A stretch of DNA of 64,000 nucleotides, from NCBI GenBank assembly GCA_963733055.1, contig CAVTBR010000001.1:1248001-1312000 (forward strand). The letters run 5' to 3'. The stretch is from Candidatus Bathyarchaeota archaeon. GTDB lineage: Archaea > Thermoproteota > Bathyarchaeia > 40CM-2-53-6. Position 1 is the stretch's first letter, and each line of letters starts with the position of its first letter. Made by a program: the position numbers and the translations under genes. The notes beneath the pieces are model-generated. The model had not been told where the DNA came from and searched no databases. It saw only the letters and a list, made by a program, of their open reading frames with translations. Positions 27,040 through 36,207 of this stretch are shown here, piece after piece.

Positions 27040-28380
27040 TTATCTTGTTGGGAAGGGCAGTTTGCCTCCTCTTCCTAGGGCTCCGCCCCTACGTTTCATG
27101 GTTTTCATCATTTTTTTCATCATGTGATATTGGTTGATCATTTCCTTCACATCTCTATCAGTTGTTCCTGAGCCTCGGGCAATTCTTCTGGCTCTGGATG
27201 AGTCGATGAGTTTGGGGTCTTCAATCTCATCCCTGGTCATCGACTGTATAATCACCTTCCACGCGTCTAGTCTCTTTTCGGCGGTTTCCATCGCGTCATC
27301 AGGGATGTTCATCCCTCCAGGTACCATCCCCACCAGTTTCTTCAGCGGCCCCATCTTCCTAACCGCCACCATTTGCTCGTACATGTCTTTCAAGGTGAAC
27401 TTTCCCTCCAGAAAGGCCCTAGCTTTCTTCTGGGGAATCTCGACCTGTGCCTCTCGTACCTTCTCGACTAGGGATTTGATGTCGCCCATGCCGAGGAGTC
27501 GGCCGACGAAGGTGGCGGGTATGAATTGTTCTATGTCGTCGATCTTCTCACCGGTCCCAATGAATTTGATCTTCGCATGCGTCGCCGCAACCGCCGACAA
27601 GGCGCCTCCTCCCTTCGCCGTCCCATCCAACTTCGTCACCAAGATCGACCCAATCCTAGTGCTGTCGTTGAACGCCGCAGCCTGCGACGTCGCGGCTTGC
27701 CCAATCGAAGCGTCTATGGCTAAGATGATTTCATCAGGTTGAATTTGCTTCGCCAGGTCCCTCATTTCGCTCATGAGTTCCGCCTCGTCCTTGTGCCTCC
27801 CCGCCGTATCGACGATGATCAAGTCATACTTCTCGCCCGCAAACTGCTCCATCCCCTTCCGAACAATCTTCAAAGGATCCTTCGAACCCGGTTCCCCGTA
27901 CACTGGGACGGTAACCCTGTCCGCGAGCTGCTTCAACTGCTCAAACGCCCCCGGCCGATACGTATCAGCGCAGATGATCGCCGGTCGTAAACCACGCTTC
28001 TGGTAAAACCGAGCCAGTTTAACTGACGCGGTCGTCTTCCCGGTTCCTTGAATCCCAACGAGCATAACCACCTGTCGCTTACCCAGCTCGATAACCAGTT
28101 TCGCAGGTTCCTCCCCAAGGAATCGCGTCAGTTCCTCATACAGCACCTTCACAACGTGATCGTGGCGGGAAATTCCCGGAGGTAGCTTCTCTTCCAGCGA
28201 TCGCTTCTCGACTGCCTGGGAGATTTGCAGAACGAGGTTTACGTTGACGTCGGATTGAAGCAGTGCTCGTTGAAGGTCGCGTACGAGTTCCTTGACGGCT
28301 TTCTCGTCGACCACGGCCAGCCTGAGCAGTTTCTTAACCGCGTCCCTAAGCGATCTACCCAGACCTTCAGGCGCACTCAT
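27040..28380 (-). CDS. srp54: Signal recognition particle 54 kDa protein
   Basis: 'GIQGTGKTT', 'DTAGR', 'TKLDGTAKGGGALS', Met-rich M domain. Confidence 0.97.
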   Translation of the reverse strand: MSAPEGLGRSLRDAVKKLLRLAVVDEKAVKELVRDLQRALLQSDVNVNLVLQISQAVEKRSLEEKLPPGISRHDHVVKVLYEELTRFLGEEPAKLVIELGKRQVVMLVGIQGTGKTTASVKLARFYQKRGLRPAIICADTYRPGAFEQLKQLADRVTVPVYGEPGSKDPLKIVRKGMEQFAGEKYDLIIVDTAGRHKDEAELMSEMRDLAKQIQPDEIILAIDASIGQAATSQAAAFNDSTRIGSILVTKLDGTAKGGGALSAVAATHAKIKFIGTGEKIDDIEQFIPATFVGRLLGMGDIKSLVEKVREAQVEIPQKKARAFLEGKFTLKDMYEQMVAVRKMGPLKKLVGMVPGGMNIPDDAMETAEKRLDAWKVIIQSMTRDEIEDPKLIDSSRARRIARGSGTTDRDVKEMINQYHMMKKMMKTMKRRGGALGRGGKLPFPTR

Positions 28381-28870
28381 TCAAAACCCGCTCTCGAATC
28401 AAGTTCATGCGTTGTTACCCGTAACCTAAAAGTTCTCTCGGCCCGGCTGATACTCGGTTTAAGAAGACGGGTGGAATGTGTAGAGCTAAGATTTTCCCTG
28501 CCGTGCCCCAATGACTGGTTTGCATTAGAGATCTGTTAGAGGTGAGTTGTGATTGAGCAAGGAAACTTGGGTTGCGTATCCGCCATATTACGTCGCGCCA
28601 CAGTTCTACGCGTACTACACACCCACCCCGGTCGCGTTTGCCGCGGTCCGGCCTAAAGCATACGGCCCATACGGACCCTACACATACGGCCCCTACTAGA
28701 CCCACCGAACACGTTACGACCGCGCAGCGTAGCGCGAGCCGTCCGGCGGGAGAAGATCACCTAAAATTTTCTTATCTAGGTTTTCCATATCAGCTGAAAG
28801 TTCTGCCGACTCCAACTACGAAGAACCATTATGTGCCTTGACGCAGCCTTCAGCACATCGATGACGGAGA

Positions 28871-29430
28871 TACGAAAACGGCACCTTTTTCCCGGAAAGC
28901 GGTGCCGCTTTCAACGGTTTCCATTCACACATGGGTACGGAAAAACGGGGAAAGATTGTATGGGACGGGATCCACCTTTGACTAAGGGGTGTGGTCCACC
29001 CTACGTCAGACCCATTCCTACGGGAAACGAGGGTGTAGCACACGGTGTGCTACGCCGTGATTTTCGCCTGAGAAACGCCCTGAAAACAGGGGTGTAAGTC
29101 ACAGTGACTTACACCATGATTTCGGCAGGAGGGGGGGTTTCTGCTGGTGAAACGCGCACCGATCGAAGCAAGCAGGGAACGAACTGGGACACAGTTCGGC
29201 GGAACTGTGGCGCAGTTGAACCATCAAGTGAGAGTACGGGGAAAAACGAGGGTGAAGGTCACCTGATTTTCCCGCAGAGACACCTCGAAAACACAGCGGT
29301 GGACACAGTGTGGGACACCTTCTTCTTCCTCCCGTGTAGCACATCATGTGCTACACCCTGATTTTTCTCTCATTTGTCCTTGGCCGGAAACGCCCTTTTC
29401 CAGAAAAGTGATCCCGGAAAAGGTGTCTGG
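28871..29430. repeat. Array of palindromes/hairpins in the 1.14-kb non-coding region
   Basis: Palindromes at 28879-28907, 29032-29056, 29091-29115, 29182-29217, 29251-29263, 29334-29356; shared GAAAAC leader and TGATTT trailer on several. Confidence 0.8.
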
Positions 29431-29520
29431 CGTATGCGCTCATGCCATCAGTATAAGTGACGAACAATGGTTAACTCTAATACAGAATGCCTCGAAAAGA
29501 GAAGCCCGAAGATAACATAA

Positions 29521-30165
29521 ATGCCTCTCATTTCTTGCAAAAAATGCGGTTCGAAAGTAAGCGACCAGTATAGCTATTGTACCAACTGCCAATCCCCGCT
29601 TAACGCAGCTCCTGAAAGCAAGCGAGAATTAACGCACAGACCGCCTGGTGATACTCGTCAAGGAGCGCTAGTTGGAGCGCTTGTCGGCCTCATTTACGGA
29701 ATTGTCGGCGCAACCACCGCCTATTTCATTTTTCTTCCCATGATATGGCCCGTTCTTACTTCGCGCTTGACGCAATCGTCTCAGGCTCTAGCAATTCTCC
29801 CAATGATATGGAACATCGTCATGGTGATAGTCATTGTCGGTCTACCGATCATAAGCGTAATCATTGGAGCGGTACTCGGTTTCCTGTTTGTTGTCTTTCA
29901 GAAAAAACTTCCCGGCAGCACGATTATTCGTAAGTCGGTCGCCTTCTCTTTGATTCTGCTAGCGATTGATTTCCTCATAGGAATATCGAGTTTCTTTGTT
30001 CCCAATAGGACGGGTACCCTCAGCGAGGTCGCTGTAGCTAAATTATATTCGCTACGGTTGGTGTCTTACGGGGAGATTCTGGTTGAGTTCCCACTTCTAG
30101 GTTACCTTTTCGGCTACCTTCTATCACGAAGACTCGCACACCAGAAGAAGACCCCTGAAGCGTAA
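29521..30165 (+). CDS. Zinc-ribbon multi-pass membrane protein
   Basis: 'CKKCG...CTNCQ' followed by about 4 TMs; N-terminus homologous to 17796. Confidence 0.75.
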   Translation: MPLISCKKCGSKVSDQYSYCTNCQSPLNAAPESKRELTHRPPGDTRQGALVGALVGLIYGIVGATTAYFIFLPMIWPVLTSRLTQSSQALAILPMIWNIVMVIVIVGLPIISVIIGAVLGFLFVVFQKKLPGSTIIRKSVAFSLILLAIDFLIGISSFFVPNRTGTLSEVAVAKLYSLRLVSYGEILVEFPLLGYLFGYLLSRRLAHQKKTPEA

Positions 30166-30267
30166 AACGGGCACGAGATAGAACTGTGTTACGTCATCTT
30201 CTTGCGAACCGTTTAATTAGCGGCCAGAAGTTGCTTTCGAGTGTCTTTTGTCGGAAGGGGTTCATTG

Positions 30268-31029
30268 ATGCCTGATAACCTGTCTGCGAATGGCGGGTTA
30301 AGAATCATCGAAACCGGCACGGTCCCGAAAGGCGCAGTTCTCATTAACGGTCTACCAGACGTAGGCCTTGTAGGGCTACTGGCCGCGTCCCACATAATCA
30401 GTGATCTGAAGCTTAGGGAAGTGGGCGCGGTAGAATCAGACCTCCTCCCTCCCATGATCGTGCTTCACGGAGGGTTACCCAAAGCACCGTTCCGCATCTT
30501 CGCGGGAAATGGACTAGTCGTCATCATATCTGAAACCGTAATCCCAAGCCCCCTCATTCGCCCCCTCGCCAACGGCCTCGTCGACTGGGCTCACAGCAAA
30601 AATGCGAAACTAATGCTCTCGTTAGGCGGCATGGCTGTTGCTAATCGTCAGGACATAGACGTACCCAAAGTATTCGCCGCCCTCTCCGCCAAAGACTTGG
30701 AGCCTCAACTGCACGGATCCGCCGAGGTCCTAGAGGAAGGGTACATCGTCGGGGCCTATGGCCTTCTCCTTCGGAAGTGTGCCGAAACCAACCTACCCGC
30801 CATCACCCTACTCACCCAATCCCATTACAACTACCCCGACCCCGAAGCCGCAGGAGCAGCCCTCGCCGCCGTTAACAAGATTCTAGACTTGAAGGTGGAC
30901 GTTTCAGAGCTTCTGAAGAACGGAGAGGAGCTTCGCTTGCGGAGTAAGGATATGATGCATCGGACGCACGAGGAGATGAATAAGATGAACAAGTCCCACG
31001 AATACGACCTACCCCCACTCTACGGGTAA
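30268..31029 (+). CDS. Proteasome assembly chaperone family protein (PAC2/PbaA-like)
   Basis: 'GLPDVGLVG', 'PFRIF', 'YPDPEAA', C-terminal HbYX 'LYG'. Confidence 0.9.
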   Translation: MPDNLSANGGLRIIETGTVPKGAVLINGLPDVGLVGLLAASHIISDLKLREVGAVESDLLPPMIVLHGGLPKAPFRIFAGNGLVVIISETVIPSPLIRPLANGLVDWAHSKNAKLMLSLGGMAVANRQDIDVPKVFAALSAKDLEPQLHGSAEVLEEGYIVGAYGLLLRKCAETNLPAITLLTQSHYNYPDPEAAGAALAAVNKILDLKVDVSELLKNGEELRLRSKDMMHRTHEEMNKMNKSHEYDLPPLYG

Positions 31030-31035
31030 GCTTCC

Positions 31036-31398
31036 ATGAGTACAGAAACCAGAGTCAACACCTCCCCGCCTCACGGCTCGGGATGGAACACCGCAACGTC
31101 CGCCATCCAACCATTATACAACCTATTCGTAGCCGCCGAAGAAGTCGTCCTAACCGTCGACCTCCCCTACGCCAACCAAAAGTCCGTGAAACTAAAACTA
31201 CCCACCAAAGACTCCATCGAACTGTTCGCCGCGACAACGAAAAGAATCACGTTCCATGACCTCGGGGCAAAACACAGGCACGGAGAATTCACCTCCTATC
31301 ACGCAATCATCCGCATGCCCGTCCCAGTAAACGAGAAACGAGCCACAAAGAAATTCAAACGAGGCCTACTAGAAGTACATCTCCCTAGAACGAAATGA
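31036..31398 (+). CDS. Small heat-shock (Hsp20/alpha-crystallin)-like protein
   Basis: 'TVDLP', 'IRMPVPV', 'FKRGLLEVHLPR'. Confidence 0.7.
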   Translation: MSTETRVNTSPPHGSGWNTATSAIQPLYNLFVAAEEVVLTVDLPYANQKSVKLKLPTKDSIELFAATTKRITFHDLGAKHRHGEFTSYHAIIRMPVPVNEKRATKKFKRGLLEVHLPRTK

Positions 31399-31520
31399 GC
31401 AACTGCATCGCAGTTCGCCGCAGCTGCAATGCAGTTCGCGTCAATCTTACTCCGATTCGTTCCGAAGTCTTGGCCTGTGCACTTCTAGTAGAAGCATGTT
31501 CTTGGGCCGAGGTCGGGTGT

Positions 31521-31916
31521 CTAGACCCATCGGGTACGCAATTCCTTCATCTTAACGAAGTGTGAGTCGTTAGAGACGCAGCTTGCCTTCAGTTGCAGTG
31601 CCGTTGCCGCGATTACGGCGTCAGCCATTGGGACGCGATATCTCTTCCACAAGAGAGCTGCTTCTTTGGCGATCTTCCAGTCAAGATTTGCAATCGTGAA
31701 GTCACGCTTCAGGAGTTCAGTCCGAAGGTCGGCAGTTGCACGGTCCTCCGACTCTAAGCTTAGTTTGTAGAGTTCATAAACGGTAACGCTGGAGACATAC
31801 TTGGACAAGTTGGTGGTAAGTTCTCTTCGAATCCTCGATGCCTCATCGTCGTCACTAGGGTAATAGATTGCGGCAATGAACCGCGTGTCATAGAGGACGC
31901 GTTTTCTACCGCTCAT
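31521..31916 (-). CDS. vapC: VapC/PIN-domain toxin
   Basis: 'LYDT', 'SSVTVYEL', 'MADAVIAATA', 'SNDSHF'. Confidence 0.9.
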   Translation of the reverse strand: MSGRKRVLYDTRFIAAIYYPSDDDEASRIRRELTTNLSKYVSSVTVYELYKLSLESEDRATADLRTELLKRDFTIANLDWKIAKEAALLWKRYRVPMADAVIAATALQLKASCVSNDSHFVKMKELRTRWV

Positions 31917-32130
31917 TTTCCGCTCTCATTTTGTCTAGCCGTGCGAAGATGTCGCGTTGTGATGCCTTCCCAGTGCCAACTAGGTCGATTGTCGAGATCA
32001 TTTTCTTTATCAACAATCCTTCACCGGTATCCTCAATTTCCAAGGTCGTACCTTCTTCAATCCTGTATTTCTTCCTGAACTCCGCCGGGATGGTGGTTTG
32101 ACCCCTTCTGGTTACACTCACGGTTGCCAT
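31906..32130 (-). CDS. vapB: AbrB/MazE/SpoVT-family antitoxin
   Basis: 'VTRRGQTTIPAEFRKKYRIEEG'; overlaps the toxin gene. Confidence 0.9.
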   Translation of the reverse strand: MATVSVTRRGQTTIPAEFRKKYRIEEGTTLEIEDTGEGLLIKKMISTIDLVGTGKASQRDIFARLDKMRAENER

Positions 32131-32149
32131 AGGAACATCCAAATTCCTA
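32130..32149. promoter_or_regulatory. Putative toxin-antitoxin autoregulatory operator TAGGAA-N8-TTCCTA
   Basis: Inverted repeat at the antitoxin start, just downstream of a TATA-like TTTAATA on the minus strand. Confidence 0.4.
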
Positions 32150-32329
32150 CTCCTCAGAATCCTATTAAACGTTATTCACCCCTCAGCGTTACCCTCAAAC
32201 ATCTGACGCGTTCTCGTTTTGGTCTTATTATTAGGTCGGTTAAGCATGTGTACATTAGGTAATCGCGTTGGCGAAACAGATTGCAGCCAAGCTGGCGTTA
32301 GTGCCGGGTAAGCGGCAGGTGGTTGTGCG

Positions 32330-32542
32330 GTGAGACGTCGCGTAGCCGAGATTCACGCGATAGCAAAACCCAGCTCTGGGAAACTAAAGGATGAGCTGTT
32401 CCGCTACATGAAGGAACGCGGCGGACTCATCTGGCCAGACGAAGCCGCAACCGAACTCAGGTATTCAGTTCTAGACGTACTTGAAGCCCTACGCAAGTTG
32501 GAGAAGGAAGGCCGAGCAGTAGAATCGCAAGACCTCCACTGA
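32330..32542 (+). CDS. Small winged-helix protein
   Basis: 'YMKERGGLIWPDEAATELRYS...VLEALRKLEKEG'. Confidence 0.6.
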   Translation: MRRRVAEIHAIAKPSSGKLKDELFRYMKERGGLIWPDEAATELRYSVLDVLEALRKLEKEGRAVESQDLH

Positions 32543-32688
32543 GGCCTAGTTCATGACATCTCCAAAACAGAACTGTGGCAAATGCTGAAGAGAAAATGGG
32601 CAGTCCATTTCCCAAGAGCGACTTGCGTAGATTGCGCAAATTGTTATATACAAACGAAGCCGTTCCTGATTAAGCAGTGATAGTTGTA

Positions 32689-32829
32689 ATGTGTTATTTA
32701 CCGTATTTCGGAGCCTATTGTTATGCGGCACCTATCTGGTACACGTACCCGGCTGTCTACTACGTGGCTTACCCGTACTACTACAGCTACCCTCCGGTCT
32801 ATCCAGCACGAGTCTGCTATTGTTACTGA
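32689..32829 (+). CDS. Tyr/Pro/Cys-rich microprotein, 46 aa (not in ORF track)
   Basis: MCYLPYFGAYCYAAPIWYTYPAVYYVAYPYYYSYPPVYPARVCYCY; TTATATA at 32644. Confidence 0.65.
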   Translation: MCYLPYFGAYCYAAPIWYTYPAVYYVAYPYYYSYPPVYPARVCYCY

Positions 32830-32944
32830 GACAATCAAACGTAATATCCGGCAGAGAGAAGGGCTTTCAAACGGGACCTGTTCGAGGCCCATATAGCTAG
32901 AGTGAAATGAATAGGATTCCAATAGCTCAGAGAGCTTTCGGCTG

Positions 32945-33160
32945 CTACGGTCTCGACTTGTTCGTTGCCTTGGCGACGATCAGTGGCGCGTCTTTCTTGA
33001 GGTGTCGCTTCGCTTGGAAGATTTCGACACCGATGATCTCTCCGTCATTCGAGAGGTCTATTACAACATTCCTTGAAACCTCCACGCTCTTCCAATACTT
33101 TCCATTTGCCACTTGTATGCCCAGAACATCTTCCTCGTTATCGTACCAGATCTCGCTCAT
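32945..33160 (-). CDS. DUF2283 family putative antitoxin
   Basis: 'YDNEEDVLGI', 'DLSNDGEIIGVEI..AK'. Confidence 0.85.
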   Translation of the reverse strand: MSEIWYDNEEDVLGIQVANGKYWKSVEVSRNVVIDLSNDGEIIGVEIFQAKRHLKKDAPLIVAKATNKSRP

Positions 33161-33167
33161 GGCTAAA

Positions 33168-33407
33168 TCAATCCAACCAGTAGGCCGTTATTATCCTATA
33201 CCTTTTTCGCCCTAAAATTTTGTAAACAATCTTCAATCTTCTTCCAGATGGAGAAACTCTACCCACGGAATTGAGAACACCAACCCATTGTGAATCTCTC
33301 ATTTTCCTACCACGAATGATTACCGTGAGAAGCATATCGTCAGAAATATCCGGCCTATACTTCCTCTTGTGTCTCCAATGATTCGAGGACTCATGTGCGC
33401 TTCCCAA
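33168..33407 (-). CDS. DUF4258/BrnT-like putative toxin
   Basis: 'RLKIVYK....IITAYW' directly upstream of DUF2283; TTG start at 33407 inferred. Confidence 0.65.
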   Translation of the reverse strand: MGSAHESSNHWRHKRKYRPDISDDMLLTVIIRGRKMRDSQWVGVLNSVGRVSPSGRRLKIVYKILGRKRYRIITAYWLD

Positions 33408-33585
33408 CTCGGACCTCTTCCTTGTACGCCTCTGTTCGAGATAAGAGAATGCTCTCCGGGAGGATGTTCTCGATGAAACCCACTTCGGACTGTCGCTTGA
33501 TTCCCCTGAAATGATTCGATGTTTATCGTTTATTCCACCAGGTGGAACAAGGCTCAAGTCTTGCGAAACCAATTACCAAGATTCG

Positions 33586-33789
33586 ATGAAAATGAAAGTC
33601 TCATTGCCCACGAGCTCTGCCGAAATCAGGGGTAGAGGCAAACAATTCAAAGGAAAACTTCGGGTACATGTAGGTAAGTTGAGAAACGACAGGTTTGCGC
33701 AACTCAAAGGTGAGGTTGAGCAAGCTGAAGGAAGAGTCGGAATGAAACTAGGAAGACTCGTGAGAAAAGCCAAGATGAGAATAAGCTAA
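33586..33789 (+). CDS. CsbD-like stress protein
   Basis: 'IRGRGKQFKGK.....GKLRND....KGEVEQAEG'. Confidence 0.6.
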   Translation: MKMKVSLPTSSAEIRGRGKQFKGKLRVHVGKLRNDRFAQLKGEVEQAEGRVGMKLGRLVRKAKMRIS

Positions 33790-33918
33790 GCTCGATGAGC
33801 TTCGAATTATGCGTCAGGGCTTAGACTCATTCGCTTACTTGTGACTGAGGGTTCAGTCTATTAGTCAACTTAGCCCCCTCGGACCTAGACGCCGGAGGAT
33901 AGGCGTCGAAGAATCCGA

Positions 33919-35376
33919 GTGAAGGTTGTGGGCATGAAGAAAACGGAAAGCGTCGCGAGCACATTTCACGCTCGGCTGATTCTCGCTCTCATCATCGCGG
34001 CCGGATTCCTGGATGTCGTTGATTTCTCCATAGTCCAAGTTGCACTACCCACAATACGAACTGAACTCGCGATCTCCTTCGCCGAGAGCCAATGGGTCAT
34101 CGGAGCTTACGGGCTCACGTTGGCGGGGTTCCTGATGCTGAGCGGACGAGCGGGAGACGTGTACGGCCAGAAGAAGCTATTCATCTTCGGAATCGTCCTG
34201 TTCACGGCCTCCTCGTTCATCGGAGGCATAGCTCCGTCCTTCCTACTCCTAGTCGCTGCCAGAGGAGTCCAAGGCATTGGGGCCGCTATCTCAACTGCAA
34301 CGGCCTTGTCTATTCTCGTGGCTACCTTTGCTGAGGGAAGAGAGAGGAATCGTGCTATCGGCGTTTTCGTTGCCGTTCTTTCAGCCGGCTTCGCCGCGGG
34401 ATCAATTTCCGGAGGCGTCTTAGTCGCTGCGTTTGGGTGGAGGTCGGTTCTGTTCGTGAACGTTCCGATTGGTATTGGGGCGGCTGTTCTATCTCAGAAG
34501 TTTCTGATGAATAACCCTGGTCGAGCGTTGGACCGGCATTTGGATTTGCCGGGCGCGCTGTCGGTGACGGGCGGGCAAATTCTGCTCGTATATGCATTAA
34601 CGAATGCTGCCGTTGACGGCTTCACATCTCTCCAAACTCTCTTGCCCCTTGGCGTGTCGGTTCTAGTACTGGCTTTGTTCCTGGCGATTGAGTATCGATC
34701 CAAGTCGCCGTTGATGCCTTTAGGTTTCCTTCGCCGAGGCACAGTGCTAACCGCAAATGTGCTTGCTCTAATACTCACGGCATCAGCTGGAGGACTCACT
34801 TTCCTACTGACCACCTATCTTCAACAAGTCTCGGGATATTCACCATTATACGCAGGCCTCGATTTCCTTCCACCCGCGCTAATCTTCTTCTTAGCAGGAG
34901 GTTGGGGCTCGTCGTGGTTGGTGGATCGGGTTGGGCTGAAACCGGTTTTGGTGGGGTCCATGGCCCTCGTCACATTGGGCACTGCTCTGCTCACTCAGAT
35001 TTCCGTCTCTAGCGGTTATCTCGGGATACTGCCCGGGCTGCTCGTCTGGGCGTTTGGGGCAAGCATTGGATTTCCAGCGTTGAACATTGCTGCACTCGCC
35101 GGGACGGAGCCCGGGGAAGAAGGCCTTGCGTCAGGGATCATAAACACCTCACAGCGTATCGGCCTCCCGCTAGGATTGGCCATGCTGGTAAGTATCGCAT
35201 CCGCCACAGACCCAGCGGCCGGGCCATTGAATCTAGCAACGTCGCTACCCGGGATCGTCACCGGGTTTCAATATGCCTTCTTGGCTTCGACAATACTGAG
35301 TGGAATTGGGCTAATAATTGCCCTTCTCATCAAGAGCTCAATGACAACAAAGCTGTCTGTAACTTACGCCATCTAA
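33919..35376 (+). CDS. MFS DHA2 (14-TM) drug efflux transporter
   Basis: 'DFSIVQVALPTI', 'GRAGDVYGQKK', 'WRSVLFVNVPIG'. Confidence 0.92.
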   Translation: MKVVGMKKTESVASTFHARLILALIIAAGFLDVVDFSIVQVALPTIRTELAISFAESQWVIGAYGLTLAGFLMLSGRAGDVYGQKKLFIFGIVLFTASSFIGGIAPSFLLLVAARGVQGIGAAISTATALSILVATFAEGRERNRAIGVFVAVLSAGFAAGSISGGVLVAAFGWRSVLFVNVPIGIGAAVLSQKFLMNNPGRALDRHLDLPGALSVTGGQILLVYALTNAAVDGFTSLQTLLPLGVSVLVLALFLAIEYRSKSPLMPLGFLRRGTVLTANVLALILTASAGGLTFLLTTYLQQVSGYSPLYAGLDFLPPALIFFLAGGWGSSWLVDRVGLKPVLVGSMALVTLGTALLTQISVSSGYLGILPGLLVWAFGASIGFPALNIAALAGTEPGEEGLASGIINTSQRIGLPLGLAMLVSIASATDPAAGPLNLATSLPGIVTGFQYAFLASTILSGIGLIIALLIKSSMTTKLSVTYAI

Positions 35377-35399
35377 GCCGCAATAAGCCACGAGTCTCC

Positions 35400-36113
35400 T
35401 TAGGGTCTATCCAAGGCCTGCATTACCAACTTCGCGACCTCATTTCCGGAATGTTGTTGCTGGCCCGTAATGAGATTTCCATCGCAGACCGCGTGTGGCT
35501 GAAAGGCTGGTTTCGTAACGAAATTGGCGCCGAGTTTCCGGGCTTCATCTTCAATGCGAAAGGGCATGACCTTCTTTCCAACAACCTTGTCCGCATAATC
35601 CTCCTCACTATTCGCGAACCCAGTCATAGTCTTCCCTCGAATGAGCGCCTGCCCATCCGGTAATTTCGTATCTAGCAACAGGCTTGTACCGTGACAGAGT
35701 GCTGAGCTCACTTTGTTGGCGTTGTAAAACTCCATGAATAGCGTGGCCAACGCTGGGTCTTTGCGGAAAGTGAACATGGGCGACTGCCCGCCGCAAACAA
35801 TGATTGCATTGAAATCGGCGCTGTTCAAGTTCGAGATCGAAGGCGTGTGCTCAAGAAGTGCCATGAATTCAGGCCGCTGTATGTAGCTGAGTGACAACGT
35901 GTCGTCTTTCGAATAGCCGGATGCATCTCGCGGATCGCTTAAGGAATCAAACTCGACCTTGCCTCCCTTTGGGCTGGCGATAGTGACTGTATAGCCCGCC
36001 TTGGTCAACGCATCGTAGGGATGAATCAACTCAGACGCCCAGAATCCAACAGGCCAGCCGAGAGTGGTGGAGACTGTCGGATTGGCCACAATCATCAGAA
36101 CTTTCTTACTCAA
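35400..36113 (-). CDS. DJ-1/PfpI (Hsp31-like) class I glutamine amidotransferase-like protein
   Basis: 'GFWASELIHPY', 'ALCHG', 'DGNLITGQQ'. Confidence 0.9.
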   Translation of the reverse strand: MSKKVLMIVANPTVSTTLGWPVGFWASELIHPYDALTKAGYTVTIASPKGGKVEFDSLSDPRDASGYSKDDTLSLSYIQRPEFMALLEHTPSISNLNSADFNAIIVCGGQSPMFTFRKDPALATLFMEFYNANKVSSALCHGTSLLLDTKLPDGQALIRGKTMTGFANSEEDYADKVVGKKVMPFRIEDEARKLGANFVTKPAFQPHAVCDGNLITGQQQHSGNEVAKLVMQALDRP

Positions 36114-36207
36114 AGGCTCACACCGTTCGTCTTGGCAGGTCATTCATATATTATGACTAGCTTCTTGGATTCCGATTCCCGCCCTGAAGAGGAGCCGGTG
36201 ATGGGTT

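Noticed and set aside
29126-29153. G-run next to TTTCTGCTGG, loosely like an archaeal ORB box
   Set aside because: Single poor match, no cdc6/orc1 in the window and no clear AT-rich unwinding element
28381-29520. CRISPR array, SRP RNA or protein-coding ORFs in the long intergenic region
   Set aside because: No constant repeat with regular spacers, no recognisable SRP helix-8 motif, and the listed ORFs lack protein-like composition
32268-32333. Short ORF MAKQIAAKLALVPGKRQVVVR as a frameshifted N-terminus of the wHTH gene
   Set aside because: Cannot be supported without homolog alignment
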